A stretch of DNA of 64,000 nt from Enterobacteria phage KhF2. The notes below the pieces were generated by a model. That model was not told the DNA's origin, ran no database searches, and worked only from the letters and a program-made list of their open reading frames with translations. How positions within the stretch are numbered: the first letter of the stretch is position 1; the number at the start of each line of letters is the position of its first letter. The stretch is taken from sequence record KT184314.1. The stretch is one strand, 5' to 3'. Positions 52,946 to 63,748 of the stretch are shown here, piece by piece. The position numbers and the translations under genes were made by a program.

Positions 52946-55645
52946 ATGGAAAACGTAGATTTTAAAAACTTACATTTAGTTGGTGATACAGAAACTGATG
53001 GTTTACTCCTTGAGTTCACTAAAGTGCACGTAATGGCCTTTGCAGACTATAAATCTGACGATGAAGAGCCACCTGTATGGGTCTTTACAGATGAACCTAT
53101 TCTCGGTCACAAGTACACCAAGTACATCAAGGGTGGCTTACGTGAAGGTATTGAGTTTGCGTTAAAGGCAAAACGTCTTTGCATCCATAATGGTCTCGGT
53201 TATGACTGGTGGGTTTTCAATCACATTGCACCTGATTTATGGAACTTTGATAATCCAAAGTGTAAACCGTGGAGTAATTTCTTTCAGGATTCTCTTATCC
53301 AGTCTCGTGTTCAGTGGATGGATAGACCAACTCCAAAGGGTTATAAAGGTGCTCATGGTTTGGCTGCATGGGGTGCTCGTGTTGGTGTTCGTAAACCAGA
53401 GATTGAACACTGGGGTGTGTGGAATGCAGAAATCTTCACTCGTGTTGTAGAAGATATCCGTATTAACGCCAAAACTAAACGGGCACTTGATAACGAGTAT
53501 CTCAAGCTTAAGAAGTGTGGCATAGACACTTATGAAACTTACATGAGAGCTAAAGAGACATCTTTCTGGATGAGCCAACAAGCTATCAATGGTTGGAAAG
53601 CTGATAAAGAGCTTATGGAGTTTCATGTAAAGGAACTTGACAAGTTGACTAATGAGCTTGCTTCAGAGGTTGAACCACATCTACCTCCAACTATTAAGAC
53701 CAAAGGTAAAGTCACTGGAGAAGAGTTTGCAAAAGCTTGGAATGAGTATGTTGAAGCATTTGGTCATGCAGATGGACTGAAAAGAATTACCAAGTACCCT
53801 AAGACGAAGTATCGTCAGCAGGTTCGTAATGGTGAGATGCAGACTTACGCTATCAAACCTTTTGGTAAACCAACTACCAAGATTTTCAACATTGAGAAGC
53901 GGAACTGCTACACTCCAACTAACACAGTTACTGGAGAAGAGTACAAGGAAGGTTTTGTAGCAATGAAGGATGCTCGTGCAATTTGCAACGAGTTGAATGC
54001 AAAGATTGGTAAGAAATGCAAAGACTGGAAGCCAGTAAAAACAGTCAAAACTGTGAAGTACTACAACAGTCATGTTGTTAACCACTTTGAACTTGAGTCA
54101 AGTCGCTATACAGGTTTGATTGATGCACCATATACACCAATTGAGTTCGAAGTTTCTCGTATGACTCAGGTAGCAGTTGTTAAAGACTACTTGAAATCAG
54201 TTGGTTGGATTCCAGATGACTGGAACTACAAGAAAGACTCAGATGGTCGCCCTGTCAAAGTTTGTCGTTTCAAAGACAACAAAAAGATGATTACAAAGCA
54301 TCCTAAGTGGCAGGAGATGGTTGAACGGTGTGGCTTGAGTTATGTTGAACATGAAGGTGTCCAGTACATTGAGCATAACTGGTCTGTGAAGAAGTACACA
54401 GATTTGCTTGAGCCTTGCTTAATCCGTACTTCACCAAAACTTACTGAATCATCTTATGATACGATTGAAGGCGAGCTTGGACAGAAGATTGCTAAATACT
54501 ATACTTTGATGCACCGACGTAGAACTATTGAGAACTCAAAGGATGATGAAAAAGGTTGGTTGAACCAGATTCGTCCTGATGGTCGCCTTAGTGCTGGTGC
54601 AATGGTGTTTGGTACTTCAACTGGACGTATGACACAATATGGTATTGTAAACGTACCGTCTGGTGCTGCTGTCTATGGGGAACCAATGAGGGCAGTGTGG
54701 ATTTGTGAAGAAGGTACTAACGTCGTCTCTGTAGACATGAACTCAGCCCAGCTAGTTCTTCTTTGTAACTTTATGGGTGATAAAGAGTTCACCAAAGCGG
54801 TAACGCAAGGTAAAGAAGAGATTGAGTTTATTCGTCAAGAAGATGGACGCTATTACTGCAAACATTTTGATGAGTACCTCAACCCAGAGATTGATAAGTA
54901 CCTTCGCTATGACTCTGAGAATGACCTTTACGTTGTCTATTCAGGGACTGATGCACACACACTGAACAGTATTTACTTTAGCTTGAATGATGAGCAGGAT
55001 ATCTTGACTTGTCGAGCTACTCAGGATGAGAATCTTCTTCATGAGATTAGTAAAGGTCGTAAGAAAGCTAAGAATGGTATCTATGCACTGCTGTTCGGTG
55101 CAGGGGATGAGAAGTTTGCTAAGACGATTAAAGCTGCAACTACTCAGGAAGGTGCACTGACTAAACAAACTTACTTTATTCGTTTGCCTAAAATTAAGAA
55201 GCTACTAGATGACTTGGAAGCTGACTACAAAGCAACTAAAAAGGCACTTGAAGAGGTGTTTGGTAAGACTGCTGCAATCTCTAAAGGGGGTTTTGTAAAG
55301 GTTGCTGGAGCTTGGTTGTGGTGTAAATCTCCACACAAACTGTTGAACTACCTTTTGATGGGTTCAGAGGCCCAGATTCAAAATGAGGCAATTAACCTTG
55401 CTTGTCGTCGCATGATTGCCGAAGGGTTGATGAAGCTAAATGGGCGTAAACCAGCTATAGGTGCTCGCTTATTGTGCGCATATCACGATGAGACTAGCTG
55501 GGAATGTCCAGAGAGTATGACGGCAGAAGTAAAAGCAGTTACTGATTGGTATTACGGGCAAGCTTCTAAGAACTTAGGTCTTAAGAAAGAAACACTTGTA
55601 ACTGGTACAGGTAAGGTTGGAAAGAGTTGGCTTGAGGTTCACTGA
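52946..55645 (+). CDS. family A (Pol I-like) DNA polymerase with N-terminal 3'-5' exonuclease-like region
   Basis: Exo I-like DTETDG; Pol A motif A (VDMNSAQLVLL), motif B (RKKAKNGIYALLFGAG) and motif C (YHDE); start set at ATG 52946 after GAGGGAG RBS (track start 52916). Confidence 0.75.
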   Translation: MENVDFKNLHLVGDTETDGLLLEFTKVHVMAFADYKSDDEEPPVWVFTDEPILGHKYTKYIKGGLREGIEFALKAKRLCIHNGLGYDWWVFNHIAPDLWNFDNPKCKPWSNFFQDSLIQSRVQWMDRPTPKGYKGAHGLAAWGARVGVRKPEIEHWGVWNAEIFTRVVEDIRINAKTKRALDNEYLKLKKCGIDTYETYMRAKETSFWMSQQAINGWKADKELMEFHVKELDKLTNELASEVEPHLPPTIKTKGKVTGEEFAKAWNEYVEAFGHADGLKRITKYPKTKYRQQVRNGEMQTYAIKPFGKPTTKIFNIEKRNCYTPTNTVTGEEYKEGFVAMKDARAICNELNAKIGKKCKDWKPVKTVKTVKYYNSHVVNHFELESSRYTGLIDAPYTPIEFEVSRMTQVAVVKDYLKSVGWIPDDWNYKKDSDGRPVKVCRFKDNKKMITKHPKWQEMVERCGLSYVEHEGVQYIEHNWSVKKYTDLLEPCLIRTSPKLTESSYDTIEGELGQKIAKYYTLMHRRRTIENSKDDEKGWLNQIRPDGRLSAGAMVFGTSTGRMTQYGIVNVPSGAAVYGEPMRAVWICEEGTNVVSVDMNSAQLVLLCNFMGDKEFTKAVTQGKEEIEFIRQEDGRYYCKHFDEYLNPEIDKYLRYDSENDLYVVYSGTDAHTLNSIYFSLNDEQDILTCRATQDENLLHEISKGRKKAKNGIYALLFGAGDEKFAKTIKAATTQEGALTKQTYFIRLPKIKKLLDDLEADYKATKKALEEVFGKTAAISKGGFVKVAGAWLWCKSPHKLLNYLLMGSEAQIQNEAINLACRRMIAEGLMKLNGRKPAIGARLLCAYHDETSWECPESMTAEVKAVTDWYYGQASKNLGLKKETLVTGTGKVGKSWLEVH

Positions 55646-55706
55646 TTAGTATTGACAAGGTTCTCATGGAAGAGTACCTTATACTGTATCTTATATAGGA
55701 GGGCTT

Positions 55707-55916
55707 ATGAGCCACCGTGGAAGAACTCATGCAGCAATGATGAAAGGTGCTTCAAAGGAGACTATCAAGAATCGTAAGCAAAAGTTGTTTGAGAGAATGA
55801 ATAGACTCATTGATAACACTTCCCTGTCTGGTGGTGAGAAAGTTTTCCTTAAAAGTAACCTTAAAAGCATTGCACAAGAACTTATAGACATTGAATATTG
55901 GAGATATCAAAAATGA
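55707..55916 (+). CDS. hypothetical protein
   Basis: ORF track. Confidence 0.45.
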   Translation: MSHRGRTHAAMMKGASKETIKNRKQKLFERMNRLIDNTSLSGGEKVFLKSNLKSIAQELIDIEYWRYQK

Positions 55917-56131
55917 CACTTGCAGACGTTATTCAGCAACTTCATGATAACTGCTATACTCCAGAGCTGATTCAGGAGATGTGCATTGTAGTCATGCCTA
56001 GTAGGTTCGTAAAAACCTTTAACAGCGACACTTTAAGGTCTGCACACATTCTTATTGTTGAAGGTAAGATTGCAAAAGACCGTACTGGAGTACTCAAAGG
56101 TGAACGTATTGATATTCTGGAGTTGCTATGA
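55898..56131 (+). CDS. hypothetical protein
   Basis: ORF track. Confidence 0.45.
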   Translation: MEISKMTLADVIQQLHDNCYTPELIQEMCIVVMPSRFVKTFNSDTLRSAHILIVEGKIAKDRTGVLKGERIDILELL

Positions 56132-56263
56132 AGAAAATGTACAGTCTCTGGGGGAGGGTTGGTAAAGGTTTTGACTGGACACTTCTTCGTTCAAACGTTA
56201 AACGTAGTGAATTACCAGAACTCATCACTCACTATTTAAAAACATACAGAGAGGTAGATTATC

Positions 56264-56524
56264 GTGAACAATAAGGTTAAGAGTTGTGTGAAAGCAATGG
56301 TTGCACTTGGAGTAATTTTTCTGGCTGGCTGTAACCCATCTTATGAAAACAAAGATGCCTCTTACAGCCTCCCTCCAGAGATGCAAGACTGCAAAATCTA
56401 CAAACTCAATGGGGATGCTATAAGCAGGGATATTGTTGTTGTCAGATGCCCAAACTCTCAAACAACAACATCTTATAGATATGGCAAAAATGGTCAATCA
56501 CACACTACTGTTATTGATGGATGA
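56264..56524 (+). CDS. putative lipoprotein
   Basis: Signal peptide with lipobox VIFLAGC; 86 aa. Confidence 0.5.
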   Translation: MNNKVKSCVKAMVALGVIFLAGCNPSYENKDASYSLPPEMQDCKIYKLNGDAISRDIVVVRCPNSQTTTSYRYGKNGQSHTTVIDG

Positions 56525-56531
56525 GACTAAT

Positions 56532-56738
56532 ATGCAAGTTTTAATACACTATATCTACTGCTACGATGTTGTTTATTCCACTGCAACCGTGGCCCAACGT
56601 AACCCAATCGTACCGCGAGAAGGTGAATTGGTTCGCATTGAGGGTTGGACTTACACTGTGGAAAACATCATTCATAAGTTTGATGTTGCTGGTGATGTTC
56701 AAGTTATTGACGTAGAGATTGGTGGTAAGAGAAAATGA
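56532..56738 (+). CDS. hypothetical protein (start trimmed to internal Met)
   Basis: ORF track 56433..56738 overlaps the lipoprotein gene; Met at 56532. Confidence 0.4.
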   Translation: MQVLIHYIYCYDVVYSTATVAQRNPIVPREGELVRIEGWTYTVENIIHKFDVAGDVQVIDVEIGGKRK

Positions 56739-56926
56739 ACAAAGAAGATAAGCATAAAAATGCTGTACGGACTCCTGATGGAAAGGTTCAATCCTTCATC
56801 CTGACAGTTGGTGGAAAGCCGTTTCGTTGCCACTGCGGAGCAAACTGTTTTCATAAACCAGATAAAAATGACTTAGAGCTTTACGCATGTAATGCTTGCA
56901 ATACTTGGTATCACTCAGAGGATTGA
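56735..56926 (+). CDS. small zinc-finger protein
   Basis: CHCGANC...CNACNTWYH Cys/His cluster. Confidence 0.45.
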   Translation: MNKEDKHKNAVRTPDGKVQSFILTVGGKPFRCHCGANCFHKPDKNDLELYACNACNTWYHSED

Positions 56927-56928
56927 TT

Positions 56929-57453
56929 ATGATTGACAATAGGCGCAGAAATATAATCATCAAAAACTTCCGCGAAGTGTCGCAAAATTTAAGACTAGAT
57001 GATGTCAGACTTAGGAAATCTTGGTATGACATGAAGGTATTAGAATATTCTAAAAATCAGCCAATTAAGTTATCTATCTTAGAACATTGGTATACAAACT
57101 TTGCAACACCTGAAAATCATAATAAATTATACAAAAACTATGTAGATGTTTGTAAAAAGTTTGGTGTAGCAATAGTCGACGACAGTATTGGATTGCTTTA
57201 TGACCTGTACACAAGGTTCTCTGAATATGCTTTTAATGTTCAGTTCAAGAACTACTTAAAGTATGATGATGGTTCATTAAAGTTGTACAACTATGGTTAT
57301 GGAAAACTAGCCTGCAAACAAGATGATGGTTCTTTTATAGACTTCTACACAGGGGTTTTTGTGTACTTACCTGAACAGTGTATGTCACTATCTGATTTAG
57401 CAGTCTCACAATTTGGTATCTTTATTCCAGTAAAATCACACATGCTAAGGTAA
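56929..57453 (+). CDS. hypothetical protein (start at RBS-proximal Met)
   Basis: ORF track 56896..57453; GAGG RBS before ATG 56929. Confidence 0.45.
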   Translation: MIDNRRRNIIIKNFREVSQNLRLDDVRLRKSWYDMKVLEYSKNQPIKLSILEHWYTNFATPENHNKLYKNYVDVCKKFGVAIVDDSIGLLYDLYTRFSEYAFNVQFKNYLKYDDGSLKLYNYGYGKLACKQDDGSFIDFYTGVFVYLPEQCMSLSDLAVSQFGIFIPVKSHMLR

Positions 57454-57458
57454 TTTGA

Positions 57459-58559
57459 ATGACAATTCTATACAAACAAAATAAAGATGGCTCTTTTAAC
57501 GTCTGGTCATGTGTCGCTGTAGGTGACAAAGTTATTACAACCTATGGTAAAGAAAATGGCAAGATGATGTTTGAAGAGTATACAGCAGAACCTAAAAACA
57601 TCGGTAAAAAGAATGAGCGTAACGCTGAACAGCAAGCTCTCTTTGAAGTTGCTGCTAAGTATAAAAAGCAAGTTGACCGTAAAGGTTATGCTTACACAAA
57701 AGAGTCTGCACAGAATACTGAAAAGGTAGGTGTACAGCTTGCTCATGATGCTGCAAAGGTTAGTCACGCAAAGTATCTGAAGTTCCCTGCTGATGCTCAA
57801 CCGAAACTTGATGGTGTCCGTTGTAGGATTTCAAGAGATGCTGATTTAGTTAACTTCACGGCTTATTCTCGTGAGAATACTATTTACAACGTCCCAGAAG
57901 AACTAATCCCAGATTTGCTTTTGTTGCTTAAATTGCATCCACAAGTAGAAGACTTTGATGGTGAGATTTATGCTCATGGTTGGGACTTAGAAGATATTGT
58001 GTCTATGATTAAGAATGCTGACAATCCAGACCGACATCTACTCCAGTTCTACTGGTACGATATCTGTGACAGCACTAAGACGTGGCCTGAGCGTAGAGAT
58101 ATTATTGAGACTTCACCTATTGTTGAGCTTGGTGATACCTGTAGAGTGGTTCCTGTACAGACTATCCGTGTAAATTCTTGGGAAGAGTTTGATGAAGCCC
58201 ATGATAAGTGGGTTGAAGCTAAGTTTGAAGGTGCAATGTACCGTTCAATCTCTGAAGACTCCTTCTATGAGTGTGGTCACCGTTCATACTTCTTGATTAA
58301 GCACAAGAAGATGCACACTGAAGAGTTTAAAGTAACTGGTGTAAAGACTGATAAACGTGGTCATGGTAAGTTCGTCGTAGAGACTCTTCCTAACGTCTTT
58401 GTAGATGTCTCATGGAAGACTACTCATGAGAAGAAACAGTATCTTGCTGAACATCCTGAAGAGTTTATCGGGAAACCTTTAACTGTTCAGTTCCAGAAGA
58501 TGACTCGTAAGGGTTCTTTACAGTTCCCTGTTGGGTTAGTTATTCGAGATTACGAATAA
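57459..58559 (+). CDS. lig: ATP-dependent DNA ligase
   Basis: Adenylation motif I KLDGVR (KxDGxR); 366 aa. Confidence 0.7.
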   Translation: MTILYKQNKDGSFNVWSCVAVGDKVITTYGKENGKMMFEEYTAEPKNIGKKNERNAEQQALFEVAAKYKKQVDRKGYAYTKESAQNTEKVGVQLAHDAAKVSHAKYLKFPADAQPKLDGVRCRISRDADLVNFTAYSRENTIYNVPEELIPDLLLLLKLHPQVEDFDGEIYAHGWDLEDIVSMIKNADNPDRHLLQFYWYDICDSTKTWPERRDIIETSPIVELGDTCRVVPVQTIRVNSWEEFDEAHDKWVEAKFEGAMYRSISEDSFYECGHRSYFLIKHKKMHTEEFKVTGVKTDKRGHGKFVVETLPNVFVDVSWKTTHEKKQYLAEHPEEFIGKPLTVQFQKMTRKGSLQFPVGLVIRDYE

Positions 58560-58566
58560 AAAGTTG

Positions 58567-58594
58567 TTGACATAAAAAATTTGGTGAGTATACT
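58567..58594 (+). promoter_or_regulatory. strong sigma70-type promoter (TTGACA - 16 nt - TATACT)
   Basis: Consensus -35 at 58567-58572 and -10 at 58589-58594. Confidence 0.6.
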
Positions 58595-58619
58595 GAGCAG
58601 CATAAACCAACGGGTACTC

Positions 58620-58880
58620 ACCAGCATCACTTAAGAGTCTTTTAAAAGGGTTTTTAAGTGATGTTTGGTAAAGTATGGTTCTGTCCGGTAATGCGATGTA
58701 TGCTATGGTTTGGTGTGGGTAGTTAGTCTCAGCTACATTAAAATGAGACTTACCTTTTTAAAAGGTCTTTAAACAGGGTCTTTTAATAAGGTCTGGTCGT
58801 GTCCGGTTCGGTAGTGTTGGGCTTGGCTTGGTCTGGTCTGGTAAGGGTGGATGGTAGTAGCCACGTTAAAAATCTACCAA
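58620..58880. repeat. tandem G/T-rich elements (about 2 copies of a roughly 120 bp unit beginning AAAAGGGT(C)TTTAA and ending GGT...GGTAGTAGCC)
   Basis: Copies near 58628-58735 and 58738-58880; a third related copy at 60018-60140. Confidence 0.55.
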
Positions 58881-58936
58881 GTTTCTAAAGAGTCTTCTGT
58901 TGAGGGTTCTTTACAAACAACTTAACAATCAACTAA

Positions 58937-59542
<606 letters not shown>

Positions 59543-59544
59543 TT

Positions 59545-59985
59545 ATGAATACGAAAGCATTAGCAGCAAAGTTTAGTTACGGTGACACTGTATCACATTC
59601 TGAGATGGACACCTTCTTAGGTATTGTGAAACCAACTTATCAAGGTGACATTGTTAAGTACGAAGATGAAATGAAGGCTTATGCGCTTACACGTCTAAAC
59701 CGACTTGAGAAGTTTATTGAGAAGCTTCTTAAAGAAGAGAAGATTTATCTGGTTGCTTCAATGGGTGTTGGTTATCGTGTGGTTGAACCTAAGCATCAAG
59801 CAACTATTGCAAAACGTAAAATGTCTGGTAAGATTGGTCGTGCTTTAAAGCAAGCCACTCAAGCAATTGAGAATGTGAACACTATGGCACTTAGTCATCA
59901 AGAACGTTCACGGTTGATTGAACAGCAAAACCATTTAGCTGCTATGAAAGCTAACATTAACAAGCAACGCAGAAAACCTTTCTAA
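59545..59985 (+). CDS. hypothetical protein
   Basis: ORF track. Confidence 0.5.
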   Translation: MNTKALAAKFSYGDTVSHSEMDTFLGIVKPTYQGDIVKYEDEMKAYALTRLNRLEKFIEKLLKEEKIYLVASMGVGYRVVEPKHQATIAKRKMSGKIGRALKQATQAIENVNTMALSHQERSRLIEQQNHLAAMKANINKQRRKPF

Positions 59986-59995
59986 GTTGACTAGG

Positions 59996-60022
59996 TAGCC
60001 TCTTCGGAGGCTCCTTTTTAAA
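59996..60022 (+). terminator. rho-independent terminator
   Basis: GGTAGCCTC-ttcg-GAGGCTCC followed by TTTTT. Confidence 0.6.
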
Positions 60023-60140
60023 AGGTCTTTAAGAGGGTCTTTTAATGAGGTACGGCGCGGTTAGGTAAGGTCTGGTAGGGTAGGGTGAGGTTTGGTATGG
60101 AAGGATGGCAGTAGCCTTATAAAAAATCTGCCAAATAAGC
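60018..60140. repeat. third copy of the G/T-rich element
   Basis: AAAAGGTCTTTAAGAGGGTCTTTTAATGAGGT...GGTAGGGTAGGGTGAGGTTTGGTATGGAAGGATGGCAGTAGCC parallels 58738-58880. Confidence 0.55.
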
Positions 60141-60224
60141 TATAAAATCTGTTGACAAGTCAGGTGTTATAGCTTATTTTTATACTCAATGTAATACAAA
60201 ATTTAATATAACTTTGAGGTCATT

Positions 60225-60608
60225 ATGAAAAAGATTTTATTAGCTGCTGCAATGGTTATGGTAATGAATTTACCAGTCAATGCAACAGAACTTCCAAATG
60301 TGGACTTATCAGGTGTTCCAGAAGACACTTGCCAGATTGTTAAAGGTGTTGCCCTATCTAAAGGTGAACTACTTAAACCAATCTCTGAAGAGTCTTTAAC
60401 AGAGATGACTGATAAGGTAACTGACTATCAGTATCGTGTTCTTGCAGAGTATTTCCTGCAATCTGCAAATATTAAAGAGAAGCACCCTGATGATATTGAT
60501 GTACAGGCTATGCTCAATCATCGTATCCAGTTTAAAGAAGATTTGATGCAAAAAGCTATGTATGGTGTTGAGTATTTCTTAGAAAACAGAAGCTGCACAG
60601 GTATTTGA
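60225..60608 (+). CDS. secreted/periplasmic protein
   Basis: N-terminal signal peptide MKKILLAAAMVMVMNLPVNA. Confidence 0.5.
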   Translation: MKKILLAAAMVMVMNLPVNATELPNVDLSGVPEDTCQIVKGVALSKGELLKPISEESLTEMTDKVTDYQYRVLAEYFLQSANIKEKHPDDIDVQAMLNHRIQFKEDLMQKAMYGVEYFLENRSCTGI

Positions 60609-60609
60609 T

Positions 60610-60822
60610 ATGGCTCTTAAAAAGTTACATCCCAGAAGCGGTTATGGTAAGATAATTGACGATACAGACGGCTTTACAGTCTTTACAGTCATCTGTCAGG
60701 ATGATTCACAGATTGAAAAGGCTCTTGACGATTATCTTAATGATGAACGTGAAAAGGTCAGAGCTACAAACATAGACTCATTAATTGATACTTCACGTAA
60801 ACGGAAGAAGAAAGATGAATGA
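60610..60822 (+). CDS. hypothetical small acidic protein
   Basis: ORF track. Confidence 0.45.
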   Translation: MALKKLHPRSGYGKIIDDTDGFTVFTVICQDDSQIEKALDDYLNDEREKVRATNIDSLIDTSRKRKKKDE

Positions 60823-61114
60823 GGTTTTTGACCCTTATGCTCCACAAGATGATTGGGAGGCTGATAGAGAGGCTGAAATGGAGAGTTATATTTGTCCAAT
60901 GGATGTAGACGAGATGAGGGATTTCGTTGCACATCGTTTTAAGAGAGAGATTAAATCCAGAGGTCTTTCTCAAGAGCAAGTTGCTAAAATTTGTGGTATC
61001 TCTCAAGCTCGTGTATCCAACATAATCCACCTCACTGGGAATGTCTCTCTTGAGTATATGTTGGGTGTCTGTGAAAAATTTGGTGTTAATTTTAATTTAA
61101 GGTTGGCAGATTAA
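60815..61114 (+). CDS. helix-turn-helix DNA-binding protein
   Basis: HTH-like segment LSQEQVAKICGISQARVSNIIH; start set at ATG 60815 overlapping the previous stop (ATGAATGA); track start is 60785. Confidence 0.5.
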   Translation: MNEVFDPYAPQDDWEADREAEMESYICPMDVDEMRDFVAHRFKREIKSRGLSQEQVAKICGISQARVSNIIHLTGNVSLEYMLGVCEKFGVNFNLRLAD

Positions 61115-61115
61115 T

Positions 61116-61475
61116 ATGAAACGTGAAAACATTATCCACTCTGAAAACTTTGCATTAGGCTTTTATGGTGTACCTACTCACCTTGAAAAGTATTATGGTG
61201 TGAAGATTCTCTCCAATCTCATTATGGCTTACAAAGATGGTAAGATTAAGCATACTGAGAAGAAACGTGTCATGGGCTATATGGCTGTAGGTTCAGCAAT
61301 CTCAAACATTAAGCTGGAAACAACTAGCAGCCAGATTGTAAAAGACCACTTCATCAAAGAGCTTTACCACAACCTTGATGGTGTAGATGTTCAGGCTGTT
61401 TGGCTGGATGTTGATGGTCATAACTACACAAGTTTTGTTTTCAAAAATGATGACATTAAGTGCTTGTTCCCATAA
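61116..61475 (+). CDS. hypothetical protein
   Basis: ORF track. Confidence 0.45.
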   Translation: MKRENIIHSENFALGFYGVPTHLEKYYGVKILSNLIMAYKDGKIKHTEKKRVMGYMAVGSAISNIKLETTSSQIVKDHFIKELYHNLDGVDVQAVWLDVDGHNYTSFVFKNDDIKCLFP

Positions 61476-61488
61476 TAGGTGATTAACT

Positions 61489-62004
61489 ATGATTGATATC
61501 TACTTACAAGATGCTCATGCAGATTTCCTTAAAGAAATGCTTAAAAAGTTTATGGCTTCACAGTATGAGAATGAAGCATCTTTTAAAATAGTTACATGTG
61601 GCGACGAAGCTGGTTTTGTTGAGATTGAACATGAAGGTACTGGAAAGACTGTTTGTAAGCTACCTGATAGCATGTTCTCTAAAACGTTCTTAACAAAGAC
61701 TAGTATAAATGTTAAGCTTGTTCCTCAGATTGAAACATACTCTGGTACAGGTTACCCTAAAGGCTTCAAGTCACTGATGAAACACTTCTTAGATGACTTT
61801 GTGAGTAATCTTCTAAGTGAGGTAACAGAAAGCCGTACAATATTAACTGTAGAGAATATAGGGAACACTATCAGGGTTACTTCTGACCGATATTCTATGA
61901 GCCTCTTCGACTTTGTACCTAAGAACTTTGATGGTATTCTGGATGAAGAAGATGTCTGTGTAGACTTTATATTGGTTCTTGAACCAGTTTTTGAGGTTAA
62001 ATAG
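61489..62004 (+). CDS. hypothetical protein
   Basis: ORF track. Confidence 0.45.
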   Translation: MIDIYLQDAHADFLKEMLKKFMASQYENEASFKIVTCGDEAGFVEIEHEGTGKTVCKLPDSMFSKTFLTKTSINVKLVPQIETYSGTGYPKGFKSLMKHFLDDFVSNLLSEVTESRTILTVENIGNTIRVTSDRYSMSLFDFVPKNFDGILDEEDVCVDFILVLEPVFEVK

Positions 62005-62265
62005 ATGAAAATTGAACACTGCTATGAGTCTGATGGGACACCTATCCGATGTCCACATTGTGGGTGTACAGACTTACAAGGTGAAGTTCATGTGATTGTT
62101 AATGGTCATATAGCTGAAGAAAGTACTACATGTGTTGGTTGTGGTGAGCATCTATCATTCTGGGCTTATGGTTCATACCAACCTACACCACACCTAATAT
62201 ACCATAGCAATAAAGCCGTGAAGAATGTTATCAACTGGTTCATTAAGAAAGGATTTACAAAATGA
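62005..62265 (+). CDS. small zinc-ribbon protein
   Basis: CPHCGC ... CVGCGE. Confidence 0.45.
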   Translation: MKIEHCYESDGTPIRCPHCGCTDLQGEVHVIVNGHIAEESTTCVGCGEHLSFWAYGSYQPTPHLIYHSNKAVKNVINWFIKKGFTK

Positions 62266-62807
62266 TTAAATTAATCTTTGCAAGTGGTGAAAATGGGGAG
62301 TTTGGTACTCCAACTGGTATGCCGTGGCCTCGACATAAACAGGACATGCAAGAGTTTAAGAGACTCACTAAAAACAACTTAGTAGTGATGGGTAACGAGA
62401 CTTTCAAGACTCTGGGGAGTAAACCTTTACCAGAACGTGCAAATCTCATCTTAACAAATTCTGTACCATACTTAGGCATAGACTTTGGCAAAGATGAGGT
62501 AATGTATGCTAAGGCCAGCAAAGAATCCTTTGGAGCATTTTTGAAGTATCTTGATAGCTCTATTGATGAAGATGTCTTTGTAATTGGTGGTGCAGGTGTC
62601 CTTGTCAATGCTTTACCGTATGCTGGTGTGGTGTTCCATACAGTCTTCCATAAAGTTACTGAAGAGGTCACTGTGCATTTACCTTTTGAAAACTTCTTTG
62701 AGAAGCTGTATGATAACCGTGTATTTACAAAGGTACAGTCAAAACCATCAGAGGATGGTAAAGCAACTTTTGAAATTTATGTTCCACAAGTAAAAGGACA
62801 CTTTTGA
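62262..62807 (+). CDS. folA: dihydrofolate reductase
   Basis: 181 aa; resembles T4 Frd by recall (MIKL... N-terminus, VIGGAGVL...LPYA NADPH-binding region); adjacent to thymidylate synthase. Confidence 0.65.
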   Translation: MIKLIFASGENGEFGTPTGMPWPRHKQDMQEFKRLTKNNLVVMGNETFKTLGSKPLPERANLILTNSVPYLGIDFGKDEVMYAKASKESFGAFLKYLDSSIDEDVFVIGGAGVLVNALPYAGVVFHTVFHKVTEEVTVHLPFENFFEKLYDNRVFTKVQSKPSEDGKATFEIYVPQVKGHF

Positions 62808-62808
62808 T

Positions 62809-63708
62809 ATGTCACAAGCAGATTCAAGTTACAAAAATATCCTGAACCATGTTTTATCCGTTGGTGAACTGCGTACTACACGAACTGGAGATGTTATCTC
62901 TGCATTTGCTCCACCTCAGTTTCGTTTTGATATGCGAACTGGTTTCCCACTCTTAACATCTAAACAGGTGTTTACACGGCAAGTTATCGGAGAAGCTTTA
63001 TGGTTCCTGAATGGTGAGAATAAACTGGGTGAACTCCGTTACCGCACTTGGGGTGAAAATGACGGAGAACGTTGGACTATCTGGTCAGATGATTTTAAAC
63101 GTTGGTTAAGCTCTAACTATTCTTCTGAGCAAGACTGGTTAGAAGATGCAGGTGGGAGAATCTACGGGGTTCAGTGGAGAAACTTCGAAGGTCATAATGG
63201 TTGTGTTGTAGACCAGTTAGAGGCCTTAGTAACGAAGATGAAGGGTGATATCACAGACCGTTACATGCTTGTTAATGCTTGGAATGCAGCAGATATTGCA
63301 GCAAACTCAATGGCTTTAGCACCTTGTCATGTTCTGTTTCAGATTTATATCACTAATGAAGGTGAAGTGGATTTGCAATGGTATCAGCGTTCTGTAGACA
63401 CCTTTTTAGGACTTCCATTTAACATTGCGTCTTATGGCTTCATCTTAGAAGTTCTTTGCAAGATGACTGGATACACTCCACGGTACTTGATAGGTGTCTT
63501 TGGAGATACTCAGATTTATCAGAACCATATGAAGCAGGTTTATGAACTGATGAACAATGAAGAGTTCCATGCACCTACTTTTGAGATTGGTGTACAGCTT
63601 AACACTTTAAGTGACTTAAAACATCTTACTGCAAGTGACTTTATTGGTGGAATTAACAACTACCAACATGCAGGGAAGATTGAAGCACCTCTGTCAGTAG
63701 GCAAGTAA
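62809..63708 (+). CDS. thyA: thymidylate synthase
   Basis: Active-site region MALAPCHVLFQ (catalytic Cys) and conserved N-terminal block (...PLLTSKQVF...EALWFLNG); 299 aa. Confidence 0.8.
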   Translation: MSQADSSYKNILNHVLSVGELRTTRTGDVISAFAPPQFRFDMRTGFPLLTSKQVFTRQVIGEALWFLNGENKLGELRYRTWGENDGERWTIWSDDFKRWLSSNYSSEQDWLEDAGGRIYGVQWRNFEGHNGCVVDQLEALVTKMKGDITDRYMLVNAWNAADIAANSMALAPCHVLFQIYITNEGEVDLQWYQRSVDTFLGLPFNIASYGFILEVLCKMTGYTPRYLIGVFGDTQIYQNHMKQVYELMNNEEFHAPTFEIGVQLNTLSDLKHLTASDFIGGINNYQHAGKIEAPLSVGK

Positions 63709-63712
63709 AACA

Positions 63713-63742
63713 AAAAAGGCTCCCGTAAAAAGGAGCCTTAAA
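63713..63742. terminator. bidirectional rho-independent terminator
   Basis: AAAAAAGGCTCC-cgtaaaaa-GGAGCC flanked by T/A tracts on both strands; sits between convergent genes. Confidence 0.6.
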
Positions 63743-63748
63743 CTTTAT

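Noticed and set aside
29000-56500. Many 60-175 aa ORFs antisense to rIIA, NAMPT, NrdD, NrdA, primase-helicase, DNA polymerase and others (e.g. 31932..32459, 38194..38412, 42303..42485, 49185..49394, 53237..53626, 53681..54085)
   Set aside because: All lie within and opposite to long ORFs with clear motifs; no independent support.
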